DNA from: a virus
Lineage: Duplodnaviria > Caudoviricetes
Direction: 5' to 3' (one strand)
DNA length: 64,000 nucleotides
IMG/VR virus record: IMGVR_UViG_2889049205_000001
Location: 1-64,000 of that record
Each line of letters opens with the position of its first letter. Within the stretch, counting starts at the first letter, position 1. The notes below the pieces were generated by a model. It saw only the letters and a list, made by a program, of their open reading frames with translations. It was not told the origin of the DNA and searched no databases. Shown here one piece after another: positions 28,101 to 38,211 of this stretch. The position numbers and the translations under genes are program-made.

Positions 28101-30395
28101 CTAGATCCAGGAATACGAAATGCCTTGAAGTTCCTGCCCGTTTTTTAAGACAGCTTTGACCCTTAGACTCTTCCCTGTAGGCAAGCTGTCCAGTTTGCTT
28201 AGCACGTCAGTCGTGGCCTTCAGCCAAGTAGACCCGTCATCTCTTGATATGAAAAGTTCCGGCTCTCGCACCTCTACAAGGTCATACCCAATTGCGAGCC
28301 CTTCAAGCATAGGGTTCAAAAGGTAACGGTTGTAGGCTGCTGTAACGCCGTCAGCCGATGCCACGTCGGTTAATGCCGACTGTTCGAGGTAAACACCGAC
28401 ACGAATCTTCCGGCTTATAAACGCTTCCCAGTTTGCTTGGGTGAAGGCAGTTATTTCCGAGGCAGCCAGGGCTTTGCTTTTCACATCACTCATATCTGAG
28501 ATGTTTACCGATGTGCCGCCAAGGCCGATCCAAGTTGCTCCGCCGTCTGCGCTCAAGATGAACTTTGCGATGCCGGCCCCCGATTGCACCGTGGTCACAT
28601 TCATGCCCTTCATCTGATCAAGATCAATATCATTTAGGGCAAGCACAAGAACTGGCTTCGGAACAGCGGTGGTTGACATGCTGCGAGTCGGCTCGCCTTC
28701 TTCGTCCGTCCAAACAAGTAGCTCTGGTAAGGTAGAACTCAGCAGCCGGAGCGTTTCGCTGTTGATGGCAGAAAGATCGGCCATCCCATCGGTATCGAAC
28801 ATGGCCTTGGTTGCCGGCGAGGTGCCGATCGTAGTCCAGGAACCTTTTGCCTCTATCAGTTCCATTTCTCCAATGGCGACATGGCCAGTGGATGAATAGT
28901 TTGCCGAAATAAGGATCCTGAAGTACCGATACAGGTTGGGATTAGAAGAGAATTCATAAACACTTCGAAGATTGCTTGTCGATACGGCCCCCGAAACGGT
29001 ATGAAGATTATCCCACGCCGATTCGTCATTGCTGCCCTGTAAAATCCAGTTTTTTGGCGACTGAGGGAACGAAGGATGGTTCCTTGTTGTTATCGCATAA
29101 CTCCCTATCCTTTTTTGCACGCCTGCGCCTAAATCAATCTGGAGCCACTGTGCTCCGGTGTCTGTATTAGAGGAGTGCCAGCAGTCATCGGCATCGGCAT
29201 TTGTGTTATTGAATGCCTTCCAGGCATCATTTGTGGCCACGTAGATGGATGATGCCTTAATCAGATAGGGGCTTGGATTGTTATTGGCGGTCATTGCCGG
29301 CAATACATCATTCGGATAACTACTAGCTGCATACTTCTTTATATCTAATCCGTCCTGAAAGAGGTACTTATTCACGCTCACTTTGACCTGAGTGATCGAG
29401 TACGTTCCGCTGCCTCCACTCCCCCCATCACCGGATTCATCTCCACGGGTCCCGACTCCACGGGTTCCCCCAGCAACTGTAATTGTTCCTGCCTTTGTTG
29501 GAGTTGCTTTCGATGTCGCTAGTTCAACATGGCCACCGCCGCTCCCTCCACCACCGGCTCGGTATCCGTTCCCTCCTGCAGATCCGTTCGCCGAAATGGT
29601 CCCATTATTAATTACGTCAAATCCATAAATGATCAGAAGCCCGCCAGTCCCGGCACCACCTGGCCCCGCATCCCCTCGGTTTCCAGCAGCTGCAGCGCCA
29701 CCAGGATTTCCCGCTCCACCTCCAGCACTGTGTGAGTAACTCGAGCTAGAATATCCTGCGCCGCCAGCTCCACCATTGGCGGCGGCTGACCCGGCAGTGC
29801 CGTTGTTGGATCCGCCGCCGCCAGAACCGCCTGAAAAAGATGTTGCGGCTGCTCCGGTTCCACCAGCTGCCCCACGAGCAGCGCCTGGTCCTCCTCCGCC
29901 TAGCTGCCGCCCTGTGCCGTTGTTGCCCGCTGCAGCTGATGTGTGTCCGCCAGTCTCAGATGTTTGGTATGGCTGCGCCTTAGCCGCAGCTCCATCTGCC
30001 GGAATGTAACAAAGGCTACCAGAAACATCATTGAACATATAGACGTTCTGGCCAGCTGCAGCAGCCCCACGAGCTGTCATCGTAATCGTACCATTGTTGG
30101 TCAGAACGCCCCTTACAAAAATAAGCATGCCACGCTTTCTGACTTGAGGAGTAATGGTGACGCCTGTACCTACCGTTAAGTTTTTATGATACTTTACAAT
30201 TAGCATCCGTTGATCGGTCGTCGTATTCCCCAGCACAGGAGATGCTGTGTATTCAACATCTCCTGTGAAGTTTATCATCTCGACGTTAATGTCTACCGTT
30301 TCGCCGTTTGCAGTGGTGCTGAACACATGATCGCCATCAGGGATACTCCCCTGTAAGTAATCGAAGACGGTTTTCTTCCCAGTGTATGTGGCCAA
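28101..30395 (-). CDS. Tail fibre protein with a glycine-rich domain and a discoidin (F5/8 type C) domain
   Basis: Long Gly/Ala-rich segment; AWKAFN...WLQIDLG...PKNWILQGSND...YRYFRI. Confidence 0.82.
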   Translation of the reverse strand: MATYTGKKTVFDYLQGSIPDGDHVFSTTANGETVDINVEMINFTGDVEYTASPVLGNTTTDQRMLIVKYHKNLTVGTGVTITPQVRKRGMLIFVRGVLTNNGTITMTARGAAAAGQNVYMFNDVSGSLCYIPADGAAAKAQPYQTSETGGHTSAAAGNNGTGRQLGGGGPGAARGAAGGTGAAATSFSGGSGGGGSNNGTAGSAAANGGAGGAGYSSSSYSHSAGGGAGNPGGAAAAGNRGDAGPGGAGTGGLLIIYGFDVINNGTISANGSAGGNGYRAGGGGSGGGHVELATSKATPTKAGTITVAGGTRGVGTRGDESGDGGSGGSGTYSITQVKVSVNKYLFQDGLDIKKYAASSYPNDVLPAMTANNNPSPYLIKASSIYVATNDAWKAFNNTNADADDCWHSSNTDTGAQWLQIDLGAGVQKRIGSYAITTRNHPSFPQSPKNWILQGSNDESAWDNLHTVSGAVSTSNLRSVYEFSSNPNLYRYFRILISANYSSTGHVAIGEMELIEAKGSWTTIGTSPATKAMFDTDGMADLSAINSETLRLLSSTLPELLVWTDEEGEPTRSMSTTAVPKPVLVLALNDIDLDQMKGMNVTTVQSGAGIAKFILSADGGATWIGLGGTSVNISDMSDVKSKALAASEITAFTQANWEAFISRKIRVGVYLEQSALTDVASADGVTAAYNRYLLNPMLEGLAIGYDLVEVREPELFISRDDGSTWLKATTDVLSKLDSLPTGKSLRVKAVLKNGQELQGISYSWI

Positions 30396-30396
30396 A

Positions 30397-32400
30397 TCAA
30401 GTCACCTCTATCTTTTCGATTGTCTTGAACTCGCCGACATCGATTACTTTTCGAAGCAGGTTTCCTGCCTGCGATGCGCTCTTAAATGCGGTATCGATAA
30501 CCATGGCGCCCAGGTATATATTCTTTGGCTTCATGGACCCGTCGAATTGAATATACTTGTTGGTCTGAAATTGAGTCCCTTCGCTTTCGACAAAGTCATA
30601 GATGACCTTATTTGCGACTTCCGAAGGACCGGACAACTCTGCCTTTACTTTTACATACCGGCCATATGGGGATGCGACGGATCCATCTGCATTCAAAGGA
30701 GCATAGGACGTGAACGCACTGCCATCTATTGAAGTGGCAGTGTAATACTTTAGGATCGTATCTGTGCCAAGCATCTCGAGGTTTCCAATGATAACAGCTG
30801 GATCCGTTCCATTATTGTTTGCCGTAACGTAGACTCTGTACTTCTTGAAGGTCTTCTTATTTTTAAATCGGAACGTCTTTGATGAATAGTCGCTCCATAT
30901 GACTCCAGATTGTGTGTCCAATGTAAGCCACGTCAATGTGCCTTCATCGTAAGCTTGGAACATGAAATTCTTTGGCATTTGTGCTAGGCGAGCGGCTATA
31001 TCAATTGCCGGCGCCATCCGGTACCCCGTGATGGCTGTTGCTGTCAAGAACTCGTATCCAAGCCAATGTGGAAGTGCCACTCCGCTTGCGGAGCACCATC
31101 CATATCGGATTTGGTTGTCAAATGCCATCCACCCTGCCCACGCTGTTGCATCCCACTGTGAGCTGCAGGTTGCAGTACCATTCGATGTGGCACTGGTTAG
31201 CATTGGAACGCTATCTATAATTGATCCATGCGTTACAAGATCACTCAACGTCAACGGCCCCTTCGCATTGACTCCCAGATCCATAATTGGCGATTCGTAA
31301 GTTCCGATGGCCGGGTACTCGTTAACTTGAATGTGATTGTAACGCACTTCATTATACTTAGATACGAGACTGGCCCCAAGAATGCGAAGTCCGCTTCGAC
31401 CTGATCCTGTGATTGAGGCGTCAGTCACACTGAGTTTCTCAACTCCGTTCAGATACGCCTTCAGCACATTCCCAGTGACCGTGAAACGTATTGTCGTTTT
31501 GACTCCTCTTGTGAAAGCAGGCTCAGTTGTATTGGCCAGAGAGGTCCAGGTACCAGATACCCTCTTATAAATCTGTAAACCAAATGAGCCTGTTCGATCT
31601 GAGATAGCCAACATGTAGGTGTTATTAAGATCTTTGAGTCTGGCGAGGATGCCTCCGTTAGCCTGCTCATCGGTTACGATCTCGATGTCAGCATCTTCAC
31701 TTTGGAAATCACGGACTAGAAAATCATTATTTTCTCCGCCCGTTCCTGAAAGGACACCTAGAGTCGTATTAATGATCCAGTATGGCTTGGTCGTATTCGC
31801 CGGATCTGGAACAGGTGTGTAAAGGCCGAGGATATCCTTCGAGAAATTATCAATCAATGTGAAGGTTTTCTTTGCGGCCAGCTGAATCTTTCCGCCCGAT
31901 CTCACGGTATTCATTAAGCTGCCGGCACTCATATCATTTGCCTTCATATCACTGGATGTGTTGCTCGACTGCTGAGAAATAACGACTGCTGTGGGGCTCT
32001 CTAATAATACTTCAGCTGTCGTTACAACTTCCGCAACACTTTTCGAAGGATCGATCTTGACTTTTTTCCCTGTTGCGTCGTAAACGTATCCGAATGACTT
32101 TGTTGCATCGATCCCGGTTTCATCGCCGAAGTCATCCAATGCCAAGTCAGTCATATGGTATTTGTTTTTGTTAATAAGTGCGTTCACCCGAAGATTATGC
32201 TTATTGATATTGGCCGCAGTTGCAGCTTCCATGGCGGATACACGATTCAGCAGAGCTACACCTGGATCTTTCTTTTCCAGTTCTGCCAATCTAGTTTTGA
32301 CATCGGCATGAATATCCTCGACCCCGCTTCCAAGACGATTGTTAACTTCGGCAATCTTTTTCTTGGCCTTCGTAGCTTTGGACAATGAGATGATTTCCAT
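30397..32400 (-). CDS. Tail fibre protein with a lectin-like beta-sandwich and a discoidin domain
   Basis: EIISL N-terminal module; GILARLKDLNNTYML...LKAYLNG...GRSGL; WMAFD...PKNFMFQA...KKYRVYV. Confidence 0.8.
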   Translation of the reverse strand: MEIISLSKATKAKKKIAEVNNRLGSGVEDIHADVKTRLAELEKKDPGVALLNRVSAMEAATAANINKHNLRVNALINKNKYHMTDLALDDFGDETGIDATKSFGYVYDATGKKVKIDPSKSVAEVVTTAEVLLESPTAVVISQQSSNTSSDMKANDMSAGSLMNTVRSGGKIQLAAKKTFTLIDNFSKDILGLYTPVPDPANTTKPYWIINTTLGVLSGTGGENNDFLVRDFQSEDADIEIVTDEQANGGILARLKDLNNTYMLAISDRTGSFGLQIYKRVSGTWTSLANTTEPAFTRGVKTTIRFTVTGNVLKAYLNGVEKLSVTDASITGSGRSGLRILGASLVSKYNEVRYNHIQVNEYPAIGTYESPIMDLGVNAKGPLTLSDLVTHGSIIDSVPMLTSATSNGTATCSSQWDATAWAGWMAFDNQIRYGWCSASGVALPHWLGYEFLTATAITGYRMAPAIDIAARLAQMPKNFMFQAYDEGTLTWLTLDTQSGVIWSDYSSKTFRFKNKKTFKKYRVYVTANNNGTDPAVIIGNLEMLGTDTILKYYTATSIDGSAFTSYAPLNADGSVASPYGRYVKVKAELSGPSEVANKVIYDFVESEGTQFQTNKYIQFDGSMKPKNIYLGAMVIDTAFKSASQAGNLLRKVIDVGEFKTIEKIEVT

Positions 32401-32427
32401 ATCCTCACTCCTTTGAAATGCGTGGGG

Positions 32428-33423
32428 CTACGCCCACGCATAAGAGATTGCCTTCAATTTTGCCGTGTCGCTCGGCAGTGTGATCTGAATTTTTAAGTCA
32501 TTGCCTTGACTTCCTGTAATGTCTATCATAACTCCAATATTAAGAGGCGTCCAGGATACACCATCATTAAGAGAATATTTGAATGTACATAGCTCATGCT
32601 CCGCATTGACCATCAAGACTGTTCGGCCGGCCGGCAGTTCCTCGGCCTCTGTCTCCAGTATACCAGTTCCATGATACATCTTGGAACTGGAATCATAGAG
32701 ATTATGCGTTGTGATCGTGGCTGAAAAGCTATTGCCCGTGGTTGTGTACAGCAGCGCTTTTGAGTTTGCTGGAATATTGGCCCATTGGTCAACTGTTACT
32801 GCATCCAAGGAGGGCAGCCCATACGTCTTAAACAAATTCTCAGTGGCCGGCGCTTGCCCAACCACTGTCCAGACATCGCCAACAAGACTGTATAAAGATG
32901 CGCCTGACTGTAGCAGTAGAAAAGGGTTTGGCTCTACAGAGATCGTATATTTCTGAACGGTTCTGTTAGAAGAAGTGAATGGCAGTGTTCCAAGCAACGT
33001 TAGCCCTGAATTACTTCTTGCATTCAAATTGCTTGCCACCGTGTAAGCAGAGGCACCATAGATTCGAATAGCTACTGGGATTCGCCCCTCTGGTGAACCG
33101 GCCCACACATTAATTTCTTTTACGGCGACGTCCTTTTTCAAATCAAGGGCAAATCGTGCCCATCCGTTGGCGGCAGCTTTATAGAGCATAATTGTAGAAC
33201 TGGTAGATCCTGAAGTGTTATTCGTGTAGGTAAGGTTTCCATCGTTTAAATGGTTTGGGCCCCAAACACTCGCATCGGTCCAATACATATTATCGCCAGC
33301 ACCGAATAGCTCTTTCGGCGTATAAGAGACCACTTGACCCAGGTTATCAATAACCTGGATCTCCGTGATCGTAGCGGCTTCTCCTGACGCAAGAGAATCA
33401 GCTTCCACAATCAGATAACGCAT
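32428..33423 (-). CDS. Tail fibre-associated protein with a galactose-binding-like N-terminal domain
   Basis: 331-aa ORF; shares the C-terminal S.DDG.TW...L.I...L...I.Y.W module with 26824 and 28101. Confidence 0.75.
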   Translation of the reverse strand: MRYLIVEADSLASGEAATITEIQVIDNLGQVVSYTPKELFGAGDNMYWTDASVWGPNHLNDGNLTYTNNTSGSTSSTIMLYKAAANGWARFALDLKKDVAVKEINVWAGSPEGRIPVAIRIYGASAYTVASNLNARSNSGLTLLGTLPFTSSNRTVQKYTISVEPNPFLLLQSGASLYSLVGDVWTVVGQAPATENLFKTYGLPSLDAVTVDQWANIPANSKALLYTTTGNSFSATITTHNLYDSSSKMYHGTGILETEAEELPAGRTVLMVNAEHELCTFKYSLNDGVSWTPLNIGVMIDITGSQGNDLKIQITLPSDTAKLKAISYAWA

Positions 33424-33424
33424 A

Positions 33425-36400
33425 CTACCTCACCTGCACCTTCTTGATTTTTTGGATCGCCGCAAGATTTAGCTCCAACATTTTGCCGCTGCCGAGTACG
33501 ACGGGGTTGACGAATGCACTTTCTGTTGAAGTCGTTTCCCCTGCTCCCGATGAAGAGATGCTTTTCATCTCTTCTGCTTGACACGTATCAATTACCATAT
33601 CATGCAAAGTGTATTTCTCGCTCATAAGAAGCGCATTACTCTTGAAGTTGAGCTTAGCCAGATTGATTGCGTTGATCCTTTCGAGGTCCTGCAATCTACC
33701 TTCAATCGTTAGCTCATCGTATATGATCTTGATCGATTGGATTGTCGGGGTTTTATCCGACACCGGTTTCGGCGTGATGGTGATTAGATCAGCAAATGCG
33801 TTGTCTGTGATCTCTTCGATCTCCAGGTAGAAGGCGAATCGAATCTTGTTTGAGCCGCCCAGAAGCTCTTTCCATTGATCAATTGCAATACTATTGAACA
33901 CTGCTGGCGACAGGCCATTTGCCTTGACGTCGGCCAAATTCGACGGCTCAACTGTGATCCATTGGGAGGAAATAGACTTCCATGTCGCTCCCTGATTGAC
34001 ACTGGCAATGATCCTTACGTTGCCAGCACCTTCGGCTTTTGCTGTTAGAGTCAAACTGTCAATCCCTTGTGCTGGAAGGATAATGTCCCCTGTTGGAAAT
34101 ACGAGGCGCCCCTTTGGAACAGCAGTCAAGGCAGCTTGCTTTGATTGGGCTTGAGTGTCACTTGTCCACACAAGAAGCTCTGGTGTCAACGAGACTAGCT
34201 GCTGAAGCATGGTATTGTTAATGAGAGACAAATCATCCATCCCATCGGAGTCGAACATTTCTCTTGTCACCGGGGCCTCGCCTACTTTGATCCAACCACT
34301 TGCGGTTGGTGGCGTTGTTGGCAAGATGCGCACTTCCGACAATTGAACCCAGTTGCCCCCCACACCATAAAACTCGAACTTATAGTATTTAAAAGCTGTG
34401 TCGTTTCCGAAGGTAAATGGCAGCTTGGTTGTCGCAGCCCCATTAAACCCAGTGCTGGCAATGCTGGCGACGAGCAAATAGTCAGACCCATTATTGCTAC
34501 CATAAATATTAAAGCTCGCCGGCGCATCGGCCCCCCTATCACCAGAAGTCAGATCAACGCTTGAGATTGCGATCGCCGATGATAGTTCAAAGATTACGGA
34601 TTGCGGACCACTTCCGTTCGACCACCAGATCGTGTTGGTTGCACCATCTACGAGATTAGAAGGCGGCCCTTGGTATGAAGTAGTCGCCGACACAGATGTA
34701 ATGGTTGGCAGCACTCCTGTTGTCAAGACGCACTTTTTAATATCTGTTCCATCTTGAAACAGATATTTTGCACTGAACAGCAATTCAATTATAAAAACAG
34801 GACGGTAGCAGTTATTCGTTGGTCCTGCTTCGCTGGATAAAACACCACTGAATCCGGAAGCAGAACTATTACCTCTCACTACCCTTGACCCTGCCCCAGA
34901 TGAATTACTGTTACTGCCGGCCGGGGCAGTCGTACTTGTTAATGACCATTTTCCAGTCCAGTTCCAGGTATTGTTATCTCCAGCTGTTATAGTGCCTCCG
35001 AGCGTCGAGCCACCGATATATTTATCCCACTCATTGTCTTTATCAGCTGAACCTATCCCGCCTGAGAGTAGCCGTGCAGACACGACAAATTGGTCAGCAA
35101 TTGATAGCGAAGGTAAATCAACTCCTGTTGCATAGCCCGCTCGATTAAGTGCATCCCATGAGATTGAGCTCTGGATATTTCGGTCTGCAATTAATTTAAT
35201 GCGTTCATCCCCTCTCTCTGCACCAACGCAGATCAGATAGAAGGCACCGCTAGGCGTTGATGCCGGACTGGCCGGAAGCAGATCAAGTGTGTTATTCCCC
35301 AGCGACCTAAAAGCACCAGGCGATCCAGCAACAGGAGCCTCGTAGTAACAGCGAATCCTTTTGCCAACAGTGAGCTCTTTGGGATTAGTGACTTCATCTG
35401 GATGAATAAGGTACCCGGTAGCATCGATATCAATAGCATCAATGGAAAAAATATTACTAGTGCTATCGGTAGTTATGACTACCTCATGCGTTGACAAAGG
35501 CAGATTCAGTGCCTCGAATACGATGAGTTGATAACTATTTAAGGCGTTGTTGGGGTTATATGAGTATCGCACTCCATCGACGCTAACTTTTACATTACTT
35601 ACCCTGTTCGTATAATATAAGTCGATGATTCGCAAATTCTTTCCATAAAATTTAAAACTAATGGAATTGGTAGTGGCTCCGGAAAGTGTCATGTAGTGGC
35701 CTGTCCCTGCATAAGTATTGGGGTCATTTGTAACTGTCGCCCAACCTCCGCCTGCGTATTTGATTGAAGGATGAATATCATCATATCTCCGCCATCCAGG
35801 CTCCGGAGCAGTTAGCCTCTGCCCCACTTGGGCGACCATATAGCCGGTTGCATCGATATCGATTGCATCAACGCCAATGTAGCCCGTTCCTGCTAGAGAC
35901 AGCTCAACAGTATGAACGCCCAGAGCCAACCCCACAATTTCATAGACGAGTGTTTGGTACTGGTATGGACTTCCTTGGGGATTGTAAGTTCCCGCATCCG
36001 ACCCATCTATCTTGATATTAATCGTCGTTCTATTGGTTTCTTTCAGCTCAATAATGCGGAACTTCGTACCGTAAAATCGAAATACGACTTTTGCATCAGA
36101 GTTACTACTCGCAGAGGTTGATCCGCCTTCATAGTTGGTATGACTGTAGCTCGCCCATCCCGATCCGAGGTATGCAATATGCGAGTCCGTGTTGCTTACA
36201 CGCAGCCAGGTTGGCTCGGGAGCGGTTAGCTGCTGTCCAACTTGGGCAAGCATCCATCCTGTTGAGTCAATATCTATAGCATCCAGGCCAATGTATCCAG
36301 ATGTTTCCAGTGTAATTTCAACGGTGTGTATGCCGATCGTAAGTCCTTTCTTCTCATAAACAAGCCGCTGAAACAAAGAGCTTGCTGCAAGCGTGGAGTA

Positions 36401-37075
36401 AGTCTCCGCAGCTCCGCCGTCTATAGAAACGGAGGCTGTTCCTCGGTCTACATCCATGAGATCTATGATTCGAAGCATAGACCCGTAGAAGCTGAACTTA
36501 ATCTTATCGCCGATGGTATTGCTTGCTACACAGGCTCCCTTATAGTAAGAGGCATTTGTATAGGTATTCCAGCCGGCTCCGACATAAGAGATTTGTGCAG
36601 CACTATCAACACGCTGCCATCCCGTCTCTGGGGAAGTCAGTTGTTGACCTATTAAAGTAAGGCTTCCAATTAAATCGATGGCGTCAAACTCAAAGATCGA
36701 AAAGAATCCGGAATTCGTAGCCGAAATCGTAACGTCATGCGTGCCGTTTGATAGTCCCTTTTTTTCGAATAATAGAACCTGGCCTGCCGCTACGCCGTTT
36801 GCTGAATAGCTATCTGACTGCCCGTCAATGACTACCGAAACATTGGACTGCCGATCAGAGTCCCGATACGATATGATTCGAAGAGCAGTGCCATTGAACT
36901 TAAAAGTGACAGAATGCAAATCTGGCGAAAACGTATATCTGGCCGTGCCGCCCGAATAGTTTGAGCCAGGGTTATCCGACCACGATCCGCCTTGATATTT
37001 AAATCGAGAATCACTTTGTTCATACCTTGTCCAGCCTGACTCAGGCGCCGTTAATGCTTGTCCTACTGTGGCCAT
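33425..37075 (-). CDS. Large fibre protein: four ~137-aa beta-sandwich repeats, a C-type-lectin/FGE-like domain and a discoidin domain
   Basis: GQ.LT.PE..W.R repeats; LIADRNI...SW..LN...NEWD...RVVRG...YRPV; SNLVDG...W...PASFNIYGSNNG. Confidence 0.82.
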   Translation of the reverse strand: MATVGQALTAPESGWTRYEQSDSRFKYQGGSWSDNPGSNYSGGTARYTFSPDLHSVTFKFNGTALRIISYRDSDRQSNVSVVIDGQSDSYSANGVAAGQVLLFEKKGLSNGTHDVTISATNSGFFSIFEFDAIDLIGSLTLIGQQLTSPETGWQRVDSAAQISYVGAGWNTYTNASYYKGACVASNTIGDKIKFSFYGSMLRIIDLMDVDRGTASVSIDGGAAETYSTLAASSLFQRLVYEKKGLTIGIHTVEITLETSGYIGLDAIDIDSTGWMLAQVGQQLTAPEPTWLRVSNTDSHIAYLGSGWASYSHTNYEGGSTSASSNSDAKVVFRFYGTKFRIIELKETNRTTINIKIDGSDAGTYNPQGSPYQYQTLVYEIVGLALGVHTVELSLAGTGYIGVDAIDIDATGYMVAQVGQRLTAPEPGWRRYDDIHPSIKYAGGGWATVTNDPNTYAGTGHYMTLSGATTNSISFKFYGKNLRIIDLYYTNRVSNVKVSVDGVRYSYNPNNALNSYQLIVFEALNLPLSTHEVVITTDSTSNIFSIDAIDIDATGYLIHPDEVTNPKELTVGKRIRCYYEAPVAGSPGAFRSLGNNTLDLLPASPASTPSGAFYLICVGAERGDERIKLIADRNIQSSISWDALNRAGYATGVDLPSLSIADQFVVSARLLSGGIGSADKDNEWDKYIGGSTLGGTITAGDNNTWNWTGKWSLTSTTAPAGSNSNSSGAGSRVVRGNSSASGFSGVLSSEAGPTNNCYRPVFIIELLFSAKYLFQDGTDIKKCVLTTGVLPTITSVSATTSYQGPPSNLVDGATNTIWWSNGSGPQSVIFELSSAIAISSVDLTSGDRGADAPASFNIYGSNNGSDYLLVASIASTGFNGAATTKLPFTFGNDTAFKYYKFEFYGVGGNWVQLSEVRILPTTPPTASGWIKVGEAPVTREMFDSDGMDDLSLINNTMLQQLVSLTPELLVWTSDTQAQSKQAALTAVPKGRLVFPTGDIILPAQGIDSLTLTAKAEGAGNVRIIASVNQGATWKSISSQWITVEPSNLADVKANGLSPAVFNSIAIDQWKELLGGSNKIRFAFYLEIEEITDNAFADLITITPKPVSDKTPTIQSIKIIYDELTIEGRLQDLERINAINLAKLNFKSNALLMSEKYTLHDMVIDTCQAEEMKSISSSGAGETTSTESAFVNPVVLGSGKMLELNLAAIQKIKKVQVR
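35400..37072 (-). repeat. Four tandem protein-level repeats (~137 aa each)
   Basis: VGQALTAPESGWTR, IGQQLTSPETGWQR, VGQQLTAPEPTWLR and VGQRLTAPEPGWRR; each unit ends in DAID. Confidence 0.85.
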
Positions 37076-37088
37076 ACTTGCTCACCTC

Positions 37089-38210
37089 TTATTCGTGATA
37101 TTCAAAGACTGGCCGAAATCCGACATTCGACCACGTTCCATTGGATGCACCCATCCCCCAAAATACTTTTGGGACACCTCCTGATAGACCTCGCTGCACT
37201 CTATTCGTTGATGATAATGCCGGCGTATCCTGCGTAAGAGTGGCGGAAAGGGAATAGTGGAAAACGTCATCCAATGTTTTACCTGTCTGGATTTTATCTT
37301 TTGGAAAACTGACTATACATTGATCCCACTCATTATTGTTAGGCCATGCCCCAAGACCTTGATCCGTGGTCGAAAAAGTTCTTAATAATGGATTCTCCTG
37401 TATGGACCAGTTATCAATGTTAAGCTCTGTTCCTCCATTGTTGCTTGTGATATTTAGACGGTAGTATTGATATGGCGTGTTATTTGCTAAGCTGAAAAAT
37501 TTCGCTTCGCCATATGCCCAGCTAACTCCTTTTTGAGTGTCTAATACTGTCCATTCCAGTCCATCGTCTGATGCTTCAAATGTCCAATCTTTTGGCGCTC
37601 TTGTGATCCCTTCCTGAGCCTCCAGTGTGGTAATTGAGTAAGCTCTTATATACTTAGCGGATGTAAACTTATAGCAAATCCACCCAGTTGTTAGCCCGGA
37701 TGCAGCACTCCAATAGCGAGAATTGGAACTATACCTTGCTCCGTCCAGTGCCCGCCACGCACCATAGTCCGCACTCCATTCACTACTTGCAAGGGCTACT
37801 CCGCTGGGAGAAGTATTGCTTGTCATAGTCGGAATATCAGATTTAAGGGCTGCATAGGTTATACCACCTGTTAGCGATCGGATAAGACCTGGCTCTTCTA
37901 CGCCATCGTCCCAAGGAAGCCCTTGGATAAGCTTGCTACCATTAAGGACATCCCATGAAATCTTGTTTCTGACAACCCTATCGCAAATCAATAGTCCTTT
38001 TTTACACTTCACAAAATAAACCAGGCCTGTTGCGGAAGCATTGTCAGAGCCACCAGCCAAAGGAAGCTCTGTTCCTGTTGCATTTCCAAAATTGGTCAGG
38101 TAGTTTGCCAGACCCATACTGCTTCCATTAATTTGAACAGCAATGTAGTCCCCGATCTCCATATCGCTGATTTTGGTTCTTTGTATTCCGGTTGTTGCTG
38201 GTTTTCCCAT
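37089..38210 (-). CDS. Fibre/receptor-binding protein: C-type-lectin/FGE-like domain with an inserted discoidin domain
   Basis: LICDRVV...ISWDVLN...NEWD...RVQRG...GFRPVF flanking WRALDG...PKDWTFEAS...YQYYRL. Confidence 0.78.
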   Translation of the reverse strand: MGKPATTGIQRTKISDMEIGDYIAVQINGSSMGLANYLTNFGNATGTELPLAGGSDNASATGLVYFVKCKKGLLICDRVVRNKISWDVLNGSKLIQGLPWDDGVEEPGLIRSLTGGITYAALKSDIPTMTSNTSPSGVALASSEWSADYGAWRALDGARYSSNSRYWSAASGLTTGWICYKFTSAKYIRAYSITTLEAQEGITRAPKDWTFEASDDGLEWTVLDTQKGVSWAYGEAKFFSLANNTPYQYYRLNITSNNGGTELNIDNWSIQENPLLRTFSTTDQGLGAWPNNNEWDQCIVSFPKDKIQTGKTLDDVFHYSLSATLTQDTPALSSTNRVQRGLSGGVPKVFWGMGASNGTWSNVGFRPVFEYHE

Positions 38211-38211
38211 G

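Noticed and set aside
29390-30010. Collagen-like repeat or nucleotide tandem repeat
   Set aside because: The segment is Gly-rich without strict Gly-X-Y periodicity or exact DNA repeats.
37089-37260. Complete diversity-generating retroelement
   Set aside because: No template repeat or reverse transcriptase was found in the window. Only the target-like fold is reported.
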